DNA of 64,000 nucleotides from Candidatus Omnitrophota bacterium (GTDB lineage: Bacteria; Omnitrophota; Gorgyraeia; Gygaellales; Profunditerraquicolaceae): contig JAOAET010000028.1 in NCBI GenBank assembly GCA_026416665.1, forward strand, positions 3,706 through 67,705, read 5' to 3'. This document shows positions 52,894 to 63,700 of the stretch, piece after piece (position 1 is the stretch's first letter; every line of letters begins with the position of its first letter). The notes beneath the pieces are model-generated. The model was not told where the DNA came from. It saw nothing but the letters and a program-made list of their open reading frames with translations, and did not search any database. The translations under genes and the position numbers were made by a program.

Positions 52894-54606
52894 TTAGTTA
52901 ATGGAAAAAGTTAAGGTAACGGTAGTGCCTATTTGGGGAGTGCTTTGGAAATCAATACTGGCATTAAACTGGGAAAGTATTCTCTTTACCACAGAAATTC
53001 CTAAACCTAAACCCCTACCAGGTTGTTTAGTTGTAAAAAACGGTGTACCTATCTGTTTTAGATATTCCGGTAATATTCCCATTCCTGTGTCTGTAATACT
53101 TACTACTAAAGATTTCTTTGGTTTATCATAAATAGCTTTAACTGTAATTTTCCTTTCTTTTTCAGGTGGATTAGATTCTAAGGCATCCTTGGCATTAGCT
53201 AAGAGATTAAGAAATACCTGTTGTAATTGATTCTCATCTCCAAACAACTTAGGTAGTACCGATTCAAAATATGTCTGTGTCTTTATTGAAAGATTATTAA
53301 ACTCCACACTCATCAAATCTATTGACTTAAAGATTACTTTCTCCAAATCAATTGTTTTTCGTTCCTGGGTAGTTTTACGAGAAAATTGGCAAATACTTCC
53401 AATAATCTCCTTCATTCGGTCGGCTTGTTCTATAATCTTATCTAAATCCTTTCGTAAAGGATTATCGGGCTGTAAATCATAATATGCTGCCTGGGCAAAA
53501 CCTTTTATTCCTGTAAGAGGCTGATTTAATTCATGAGAAATACTTGCGGCAATCTGTCCCATAAAAGCAAGTTTTGAAGCATGTAGAAGCTCTTCCTGAG
53601 TCTTTTTTAATTCTGTTAAATCACGAATTGATTCTATTGCTCCAATTAAATTTCCCTTACTATCGTATAAAGGGCTAGCAACACCTGATAAATACGCCCC
53701 TTTATTATTATAAACACAAGGCACAAAAGTCTCTGCGTATAATATCCCATTATTTTCTTTTATATTTATGTATTTTTCTCTTACTTGCGGAGTATTTTTT
53801 AAAACAAGGTCAATCAAAATAGGTCTACGTTCACCGTAAAAAGGCAAGGCATATTCGTAGTTGCCTTTACCAATTATCTGCGCTGCTTTTATACCGGTCA
53901 TCTTCTCAATTGCCTTATTCCACGCAGTAACTCTGCCATTTTTATCAATTACAAAAGTAGCATCAGGCAAAAAATTGAGGATATTAAATAATTGGTTACG
54001 AGCCTCTTCAATTTCTGCTAATACCTTTTCTTTTTCAGTTATGTCCAGAAAAACACCAATTATTTTTTTTACTTTTCCTCTCTCAGTTACGGCATAACCG
54101 ATAGCCCTAAGGAATAACTGCTCTTTATTAGTATTATCCATCAACTCTATCTCTATATCAAAAGGTAAACCCTGCTTCACAGAGAAAAAGAACGCTTTTC
54201 TTAAGACATCCATAGACTCTAATGTGTAACTAAACCTATTAAGTTTAAAATGTTGAACAATGTTTTTCTGAAGAGAAACTTTTTGAGAAAAAAACATCTT
54301 TGGACAAGGTACAATTGCCTGTTTCTGTAGATTAAACTCCCAACCTCCTAGGTGTTCTAAACGTATGCTCTGTTCTAAGAATCTATCTGCTAGAATAAGG
54401 CATTCTTGGTCCTTTAACTGTTCTTTGTTTCTTTTATGTCCTGTATGAGATATCTTAAAACTTTCCGCTTTTTTTAGGGAAGACAGTTTCAATAAATTTG
54501 CTTGAATGTTAGATGCCCGTGAAACCTTAGATACCTGTTTTCTAAATTGCTTAAGTAATCTTTTTTCCCTTAAGGTATTTCTCTTTTTCTTATTGGTTTT
54601 AGCCAT
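52894..54606 (-). CDS. Cytoplasmic PAS histidine kinase
   Basis: Degenerate PAS plus PAS, HELNQP, FFTTK..GLGLG. Confidence 0.9.
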   Translation of the reverse strand: [570 protein letters not shown]

Positions 54607-54814
54607 GCTTATCCTTTCTTAGATTTTCCCATTTATTTTTTTATGCTATTCCTGTTATTTTCTTCATAAAAACTCAACGGACTTTCAGGAGAATTACCTT
54701 ATAAAATAACCTGCATATTATTTAAAAATAAAAAAGCTATTTTACTGTTTTGGTAAAATAGCTTTTAAAGAAAGCATCTTTTTCCTCCTTACCCTCCAAA
54801 AAGGAGTAAAAAAA

Positions 54815-55378
54815 CTATTTTTGTCTTGCAGCCTCTAGAACTTTTTTCATCTCCTCCAAATCAAAAGGTTTGGCTATAGAAGTAAAAGCACCTAATCGTG
54901 CTGCCTCAATACTAGTCTCTAAATCTGCAAATGCACTTAAGATAATAACCGGTATAGATTTATCAAATGCCTTTATTCTTTTTAAGGTATCTATACCACT
55001 TAAACCGGGCATCCGCAGATCTAAGAGCACCACATCTGGCCTAGTTTTTTCTATTAATGCAAGACCTTCTTCCCCCGAAGAAGCAGTTAAAACCTGATAA
55101 TCAGCAAGTGCCTTTACGAAGTATTCACGGATAGCTTTTTCATCATCAATTATCAAAATTGTAGGTTTTGGTTTTGCCGTTTTATAATGCTGGGATAAAA
55201 TTGTTTTATCTTTTACCTGCGACATAAGCCATTGGTCAATAAGCTCTTTCTTAAAACGCCATTCACTGGAAATCTTGAAGGCAGGAATTTTACCTTCCCG
55301 TGCAAGCTTATACACAGTCATTTTGTTCATTTTAAGGTACTTAGCGGTCTGCTTTATATCCATTAAACTATCTTCCAT
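54815..55378 (-). CDS. Response regulator with N-terminal excisionase-like HTH_17 and C-terminal REC
   Basis: AKYL....TVYKLAREGKIPAFK...WRF, then IIDDE..LDLRMP..KPF. Confidence 0.88.
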   Translation of the reverse strand: MEDSLMDIKQTAKYLKMNKMTVYKLAREGKIPAFKISSEWRFKKELIDQWLMSQVKDKTILSQHYKTAKPKPTILIIDDEKAIREYFVKALADYQVLTASSGEEGLALIEKTRPDVVLLDLRMPGLSGIDTLKRIKAFDKSIPVIILSAFADLETSIEAARLGAFTSIAKPFDLEEMKKVLEAARQK

Positions 55379-55428
55379 TTCTTTTTGTCCTCTCTTAAGT
55401 TAGAATATCCTTATTTATTATAAATAAA

Positions 55429-55812
55429 TTAATATTGTATCATATTATTTTTGATAAAATTTATCAGCTGAGCCACAGTTACAGGTTTAGCAATAAAAGG
55501 CCTGCCGGCAATAGTGTCTCCTTGAGGAGTTACTTCATAGTCTCTTATCAAGGCTGTCAGAAAACCCACTGGAATATTCTTTAACTCTGCATCTTCACTT
55601 AACTGATGGGCAATCTCACCACCGTCCATATCAGGCATTACAATATCCAAAAGTATAAAATCGGGTTTAAACTCTCTTGCCGCAGGAAGGGCGCGAATTC
55701 CTTTTGTTTCAGTTCGCACTTCAAACTCACCTGTTTGTTCAAGATTTAGCTTTACTAAACGACAGAAACTTTCTTCATCATCAACTATTAGAATCTTTTT
55801 TCTGCCCTTCAT
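55429..55812 (-). CDS. Single-domain response regulator
   Basis: IVDDE, LDIVMP, FLTA, AKP; paralog of 50318..50689. Confidence 0.9.
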   Translation of the reverse strand: MKGRKKILIVDDEESFCRLVKLNLEQTGEFEVRTETKGIRALPAAREFKPDFILLDIVMPDMDGGEIAHQLSEDAELKNIPVGFLTALIRDYEVTPQGDTIAGRPFIAKPVTVAQLINFIKNNMIQY

Positions 55813-57130
55813 CGTAAACCTCCTTCTGGTGAACTTTTAATGCAATCTCAACAATGACTCCTTTTCCTTGTTCAATTGGTTTATTGCGGATACTAATTAA
55901 TCCTTTATGGGAGGCAATAATGTTATTTACTACTGCCAATCCTAAGCCTGTTCCGCCTTGATTACGTTTGGTAGTAAAAAAAGGGTCAAAAACTTTAGAA
56001 AGATTTTGCTCGGGAATGCCACAACCACTGTCTTCTACAGTAATAACTAATACCTCATCTTGAGGCCGAAAATAGTCTTGTCTTCTTAAACCAATTAGAT
56101 GACTTGTGAGTTTTTCTGCCTTTATTAATCTCACCTTTATTTCTAATCTTCCACCTTCTGGCATTGCATGAATAGAATTTTCAAATAAGTTTATAAACAC
56201 TTGGGTCATTTTATTTACATCAATCAATGTTAATGGCAGATCAATAGGAATATCCTTCTCTACATTAATGTGAAATTTGTCCAATTGATGTTTTAATAGT
56301 AAGAGTGCCTTATCAATAGGTTGGTTTATCTGAACTGGTTGATTATCTAATTTTGAGATACTGGAAAAATCTAAAACACCCTTTATGATTGCGTCTGCGC
56401 GCATTGTTGCTTCTTTAAGGTCATTAAGAACAACAGTAATATCCTTCTCATAGATAGGAATTTTTTTTTCTAAATATTCAGTTGCCTGTAAAATAATTGC
56501 AAGAGGGTTTTTTACTTCATGAGCTATTCCAGAAGCAAGGCGTCCAATAGTTTCCATCTTTTCTGCTTGAATAAGTTGGGATTGTGTAGTTTTAAGCTCT
56601 TCGATAACTTTGCGTAATTGTTGTTCGGTGGCGTTCCTTTTGTTAATTTCAATTTCTAACTGACTTATTGTCTGTTGAAGTTGTTCTGTCCTCTGATTAA
56701 CCTGTTGTTCTAATTTCTCAGCGTAAAGTCGTAATTGCTCAAGCAATCGTTTACGTTCAATAGCATAACGTATAGAACGTTTAAGGGTCTGCGCATCAAC
56801 TGCTCCCTTAACAAGATAATCTTGAGCACCTGCATCTAAGGCCTCTAAAGCTAAATTCTCATCTGCAACACGTGTTAAAACTACAATGGGAATAAGCGGT
56901 TGTGCTTTCTGAACTTTCAGAAAAGTATCTAGACCTATGCCGTCGGGAAGAGTCAAATCCAAAAGAATTAATTGGCAAGTCTGTTGCTTTAAAAAAGAAA
57001 AAGCCTCAGAGAGATTTGGAACCTGAAATAATATAAAGTCTTTTAGTGCTGGCTCATTAAAAATATCCTTAACTATCCGTGCATCAAAGGCACTATCTTC
57101 CACCAATAAGATTTTTGTTTTAGTATCCAT
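55781..57130 (-). CDS. Hybrid histidine kinase (REC-coiled coil-HisKA-HATPase)
   Basis: LVED, LDLTLPD, GAQDYLVK, HEVKNP, GTGLGL. Confidence 0.92.
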   Translation of the reverse strand: MDTKTKILLVEDSAFDARIVKDIFNEPALKDFILFQVPNLSEAFSFLKQQTCQLILLDLTLPDGIGLDTFLKVQKAQPLIPIVVLTRVADENLALEALDAGAQDYLVKGAVDAQTLKRSIRYAIERKRLLEQLRLYAEKLEQQVNQRTEQLQQTISQLEIEINKRNATEQQLRKVIEELKTTQSQLIQAEKMETIGRLASGIAHEVKNPLAIILQATEYLEKKIPIYEKDITVVLNDLKEATMRADAIIKGVLDFSSISKLDNQPVQINQPIDKALLLLKHQLDKFHINVEKDIPIDLPLTLIDVNKMTQVFINLFENSIHAMPEGGRLEIKVRLIKAEKLTSHLIGLRRQDYFRPQDEVLVITVEDSGCGIPEQNLSKVFDPFFTTKRNQGGTGLGLAVVNNIIASHKGLISIRNKPIEQGKGVIVEIALKVHQKEVYDEGQKKDSNS

Positions 57131-57431
57131 AAACTGGATTTGTTTTCGACTTTCTCGTAATTAATAAAATTTATTACGGTTAGGTAAAATTTCTTGCTGC
57201 TAATATCAATTTACTATGACTAACTCTTTAATTTTAAATCAATAATTTCTTAATTTATATATTTTACCATTTTTTAATATTTGCGCATCAGATTTTAATC
57301 ATTTTAAAAATATTTTTTGCAAAATTTAGTTTGTCTAAAAATATCTTAAATTTTTTTAGTTTTATCATTAACAAAAATTTATACCTCAACTAGCTAATGT
57401 CAACTATAATCTACACTACACACTTTGATAC

Positions 57432-57755
57432 TCAAATAGAATTATTCTGTAATATAGACTCTAGCTTAATACCTATTCTAAACTGTGCAGGGGCTATCTT
57501 TTTTTGCCAAACAATTGTCCCTTGCCTATAGATTGGCTGTTGGTTTTCCTGTAACATAACCCAAATATCTACGATTGCTTTTCTTACCATCACTCTTTTG
57601 GTAATAACTCCGAGGCCGTTTGCACTTATATCACAACATACACCTCTACGTAGAGCAATTCTTTTAGTATCAATAAGACGAAGCGGTAAATTACAATTAA
57701 GACGCCTAAATGTTCTTCTTTCTTTTCTATCTACAATATCCATATTATTAAACAC
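57432..57755 (-). CDS. PilZ-domain protein
   Basis: RRTFRR and DISANG motifs; start may be the ATG at 57743. Confidence 0.85.
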   Translation of the reverse strand: MFNNMDIVDRKERRTFRRLNCNLPLRLIDTKRIALRRGVCCDISANGLGVITKRVMVRKAIVDIWVMLQENQQPIYRQGTIVWQKKIAPAQFRIGIKLESILQNNSI

Positions 57756-60700
57756 TCCCAGTAAATTCAGACAATTGTAAAAGTTGTTTCTCTATTCGCC
57801 AGCTTATTTTCTGTGCCTCTACTTTAATCTCATCAAGAATCCGAAAATCCACATAGTTTACCAATTCCATAATAAAGAATATTTTGTTTTGGTAACGTAA
57901 AAACCATTCAAGAGGTAATCCCTTTGCGGTAGTGTCATAACTATTCATATTTTTGTTGAATTCGTTGCTTAATGGATTTATTTCTTCTTGTAAATTTGTA
58001 AGTAATATCGTATTCTTTCCTGCTCCCTTTTTCCTTCCCAGCTTAATACATACCAAAGCCCCCACTTTTTCTGTATCTTTTTTAAAATAAATTAATTTAT
58101 AACCCACAAAGTGGTATGGGGGTATGTAACATTCTAAAATATCTGAAATATCTGACTTGTAATTTTGTTTCTGAGGTACTGGTCTGCTGTGTCTTTCCTT
58201 ACAAGGAAGAACTAGATTGCCTCCATCTTTGTCCCTAAAGGTTTTTGGGGATTCTGGCATTTTCCTAGTATCATTGTCCGATTTAATCTTGCATATTCTG
58301 ATTAAAGTAGTCGGACCTATGTCTTTAGCTGTATAACCAGCTAATTCGGAAGTTCTCAATAATTCATCAAACTGGAATCGATTGTTTGAAAAGTAATCAA
58401 AAAAGAAGAGTCCTTTGTCTTTTAAAACTCGCACTATTTCTTTTAATACAGGTAGAGAAATATCTTCAAGGGCAGTAGAGGTATAAACAATATCTATAGA
58501 ACTATTCTTTATAAATGGCAACCAAGCTGCATCTGCTGTCCTTAACAATAAATTTTTAGGCAAAGTAGATACACCATTTATACCTTTCTTCTTTAACTTA
58601 TAAACCTCTTCTATCTTCCAAGAAATCCCCTCATCAAAATCAACCAAAAAGCGATAAGCAGAAATCTCCTTGGCTAAACGAATAGTATCGGTCTGCCTAT
58701 CTATAGCAATAACTTCTTTAAAATTACCTTTAGTAGCAGCAATTAATGCAAAACCACCCCAACCGCAACCTAACTCCAGTAATCGTTTTTTTTCTGGAGA
58801 TTCTACATATCTTAAAACAATATCCAATTGTTCAGCCGGAGTCAAATCGCCCCAACAGCGGTATCTAACTAACTGTTTAAATTCTTGGGCAGTAAGTTTT
58901 CCTAACCAACCGCCGTCATGTTTATTTACTTCTTTATCTAATCCTTCTTTTTTCTCTCCAAATCTACTACTATCTGTGATATTAAATTTTTGTGAATTAA
59001 GAGACATTCCTTTTTTACGTAAATAAAAAGTATGGCGAGATTTTTTGTATCTTACTGGTTCAAAATTCATTTTTATTTGGTCATCTATTTCCTGAGGAAA
59101 TTTATAGATGAGTAAATCTGCTTTTATGCGTTCAGCTAAATCAATTAAATGCTGAGTAAGTTCTGGATATGGTCTGATGGCATAAATAAGGTTGGCATTA
59201 TCATATATATCATTGCAAGGTTTTGTTACATCATCTCTTACAACTTGCACATCAATTGCATATTTTTCTAAGGCAGTGGACGTCTCTTTAAGTAATAAAG
59301 GATTAACATCTGTAGCAATTACTTCTAAGTTAGCAGGTCCGCGTTTTTTAATGTATGCACAAACCCACCATACCGCCCCTACTCCTATCTCTACTATTTT
59401 TCTTGCTTTTGAATAATTTTGAAGAATATAGTAAGCTATTGCCCTTCCGATCTCATCGCGTCTAAGGTGTTCTTGAATCGAGAAACTATTGTTTTCTCCT
59501 CCATCTTTTTGCCACCAAGAAACAAGTTCTCCATATGTTGAGCTATAAAATTGTCCTTCATAATTAAATTTAATATCATCATCCTCAGAAATTTTGCATT
59601 GACCTTTCTTTCTATGTGTGCCTTTTAATTCCATCAACTTTTGGTATTCCTCTAAGGGACTACTTATATAAGGTCCATAAGGAAAGTCCTGTGGTAGAGA
59701 AAACCACTCTCTTTTTCTAGTTTGTTTACGTTGTTCCCAAGTAAGCTCATAATATATATTATAAAAAACAGCTATTCCCTTTGGTCGCAGAATGTCGTTT
59801 GTGGCCTTCCAAGTATTCTTGGAACCTTCTATCCCAAGTATTTCAGTTCCTGTGCTTAAACTACCGTATATAAAATCTATACTTTTCTCTTTGAAAACAT
59901 ATTTTAAGTCAAGACAAGACATATAGTAAACAGAGCATTTTTCTTTTAGGTTGTCTTTCCCTTTAATCTGCCTTGCTAAGTCTTCTACGTTTTCCTTTAA
60001 TACTTCTACAAGATATATAGCTTCTGGTTTTATTCGTTCTGCCAAATACTCAGCTTCAGTAAGCCATTTTCCAGGACCAAGAATCATTACTACTTCATAT
60101 GTAGAAATATCATGTTGTTTTAAACATCGTAAACTCTCTTTTATTCTTTGTTCTGCATCTAAATACATCTTATGGTCACGGCCTTGATAAGTGGCATCTT
60201 CAGCAATTACTTCTTCAGCTAAACTAATATGTCCTGGTTGCGCTGGGATGTCTTTTTTTGTGCATTGTTGGTTTTTAAAAGATAGAACAACAGGCTTATA
60301 CCTATCAATATCACCTCCATCACAGCCTTCAATAAGACTATTCCAGAACCTTGCATAGCGCTGGTTCGGTAATAAAGTTTCTTTCACCCATTGCATTAAC
60401 CAGTTTTTACTCCAAATTTTTCCATAACGGCTTCTAAAATCTCTAGCAGTATTGGGATCAATATAAAGCTGGTAACTATTTTGTGTCTTTCTTTTACTCT
60501 TCCAAACATCGGGATGGAAAATATCACTCCATGAAATTAGACACAATTCTTGTGGCTTAAGAACCTTGTTCCAGACAAGCGCAGCTATCTCAAGAAGTAA
60601 GAATACATCAAGGTAATTTTTATTGGTTTTAGGATTTTTCTGGAATTTAGAAAAAGGATAAGGTGAAAGGTAAAAACTTACTTTAGCGCCTTCTGCACAC

Positions 60701-63700
60701 TTCTCTAAAAACTTGCCATCTATTATAAATCTTACATTTCCTTTTTCCAGCCAGGAAAATTTTTCTTGGAACTTTTTAGGAATAACTCCTGATAATCTAG
60801 AAACCCAGAATTTTATCTGTCCAAAATTAGTAAATTTGTCAAAAGTCTTAATAATAATAATTCCATCATAATTGTAAGGTTTAGTATATGTAGGATTAAT
60901 TGTCTGCACAGCCACTATCTCAGCAATTTTTTTATTAAATAAGTTTAATACTTCTGCTTTTACTTTATAAACACCTTGCTGGTTATCTTCTGGTGAATAA
61001 ATTCGTATAGTTGCCCTAATAAGAAATGGAAAAGAAGTTAACTTAACCTCTCCACCATCTTTGTAGGTGTTTAAAGAATAATTTTTGTGTAAGTAACTTT
61101 GAATTACTATCTTTAGCTTTTTAATCTCTGGCAAAAACCCTAATGGGGCTTTTCTATAACCTACTCCAAAACAGTTCCAGAATTTCTCCGCTTTTTTATC
61201 TAAAGGTAAAATTTGTATTTCTTTAAAATTATGTTTTTCAAAGTAATTACAAATAGATAAAACAAGCCGAGAACCAATTTTTTGCCGTCTTAAAAATGGG
61301 TGCAAGTGAATAGAACTAAGTTCAATACAAAATTCGTCAATTTTGCTTATTTCAAGCCACACTAAATACTCAAGCCCAATGCTGATAACTATCCTAAATC
61401 TTTCTTCTAAATAAGAATTCTCTACTTTTATTTTAATATTATCTGTTTCGTTTGCTTCTTCAAACCCTTTGCTTCTTTGTATTTCTCTTGCTCTTTTTAT
61501 TATCTCTTTAATTAAATCTCTCCCAATTAGTTCTAGCGCATCCTTATCAGAAATCCAAAACTCCTCACCCCCGTCTCTTGCAAGACAATTACGGTTATAT
61601 ATCTTTCCAGATTCATTATTCTTATTTATTTTAAGGGATACTTTTTTGTCATCTGCTTCTATTAATTTTATGTCTTTTAATTTAATAAAGTTTTTCTTAA
61701 AAGATATAATTATTTCATCCCAGTTTTTGCGGTCACGAGTAAACTCAACTACGCCTTTTTTATTGGGGGTGTAGATGGTTGCAGGAAGCTTCTTTATATC
61801 CAAAAGCATTGCGGCTAAAACACGGTGATGTCCATCTACAACATATCTATAATATTGAATTATACCTTTCTTAGCTTTTTGATAGTCAATATCTTCCCAG
61901 ATAATAAGTGGTTGCTTGATATTATTTGCCAAAAAGTAAATCTGTAATATTAACTTTTCAAATTGACAAATATGGCAAGTAGGTAATAACTCACTTATTG
62001 ATACATAACTTTTTTCTTGAGTAACACTGTTTAGCCCTGTGTTTTTATCTTGGTGAATAGCAAGGATATCATTTATGATATCGGAAGGATGGATAAACTT
62101 TTGCCTGCTGAATATCTCATTAATGTATTCTCTACTAAAAGTTAAATAAGAAACGTCTTTTTTATCTTTCCCGCCATCATAATTTCTCTCTTCTAAGTTT
62201 TTCTGATAATTTTTCCAAAAATTAAGATAAGCGGAGAGTTCTATTCCGTCATAGAACTCATTTATCGTCCAAATTGGTTGTCCTTTTTTAAAATGTCTTT
62301 GCTTAATACTATTTAGAACAACAATACTTACCATTCGTAGCTTACTGCTAGTATGTCTATTAAGATAATACAAACATGCAGGCAAGGCTTTTAAATCCAT
62401 AAGCGCCAATGCTTCAAAATAATGTCTGCAAACAGACAAGTTAAAATCATTAGCCATTGCTTTTAATAAGGCCGGTGTACTTTCCCTGCCTTGTAAGGCC
62501 AAAGCTGCTACAACAAGAAAGGAAAGTAACTCATTATCACTTATTCGTAATGTCTCAATTAAGAACTCTGTTGCTTTTGACCCAAGATGCCCTAATGCCT
62601 CCAAAGCAACAACTGTCAATTCCTGTTGCGCCATAGCATTAATAATGGGCTCAACTGCTTGGGTAGAACGACTGTATCCTAAAATAGCCACTGCTAAAGC
62701 CTTTGCCTCTGTATTCTCACTTTTTTCTAAAAACTTAATAAGTTCTTTAACGGCATGCTCTCCATATTTCAGAAGTGCATCCATAGCAACTAATTTTATC
62801 TGTTCATCTTCGTCTTCTAATAAACTTACAAAAATCTTAATTGACCTTTCATCTTTTAAAGAAAGTAAAACTTTGGCAGCAACCATTCGTTTCTTTTTGT
62901 CGTCCTCCTTACTTAATTGTTTTCTAAAGTAAGATAAATTTAGAATCTTTTTATTCTTCTTTCTCTGGAATTTTATTTTGTCTTTTTGGTCACCGCCGTC
63001 GAGGTTATTTTTCTCCTGTTCAAAACGATATATTTCTGCAAAACAAAGCCCGCCCTTGACAATAAATAATTGTTTTACTTTATCATAAAATATCCTTATA
63101 GGTAGTGCCTCTTCTTCAATATACGCTAACTTTAGTGCTTCAAGATGGCGTTTGGAAATACTAATTCTTCCTTCTGCTATATTCTCATAAATGTCTTCTT
63201 TATCCAGAAAATCTGTTTCATCTACCAGCTCAACTACCTGGGGTTCACCATCGCATGAAGTAGTTAAACGCAAGATTTTTCCTTTTGCAACAACTTCAAA
63301 TGCTTCATCCTCTAAGAATACCAAACCTGCATAAGGGCTGTTTACAAAAAGTTGATGCCAAAATACTTCATCATTAGTTTTTGTTCGTTTTTGACGAGGA
63401 TAACGTTGGATAAAGCGATGTTCTTGTTTCGTAACTGGTTTCTTAAGTAACGCAAGTGCCTTTTCTGGCTGGTCAATATAATCATAAAAGAAGTCAATAG
63501 CTTTTTTATGGGCTGTAATTTTTTCAGAACGCCAGCATTCATACAGTTTACCTAATATTAATTCCGCTATCACAAAATAGTAAATTCCATTTGTATCTTG
63601 AGCTAAAACCTGATAATATTCTGTACCACTTATTTCTCTAAGTAAAATTACACGAAAGCGTTCTTTACCCTCTAAAAACTCATGGTTGTCTATATTAGTT

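Noticed and set aside
57131-57431. AT-rich intergenic gaps (also 46175-46450 and 54607-54814) as possible ncRNA loci
   Set aside because: No convincing GC-rich stems or known RNA motifs; consistent with ordinary promoter regions.
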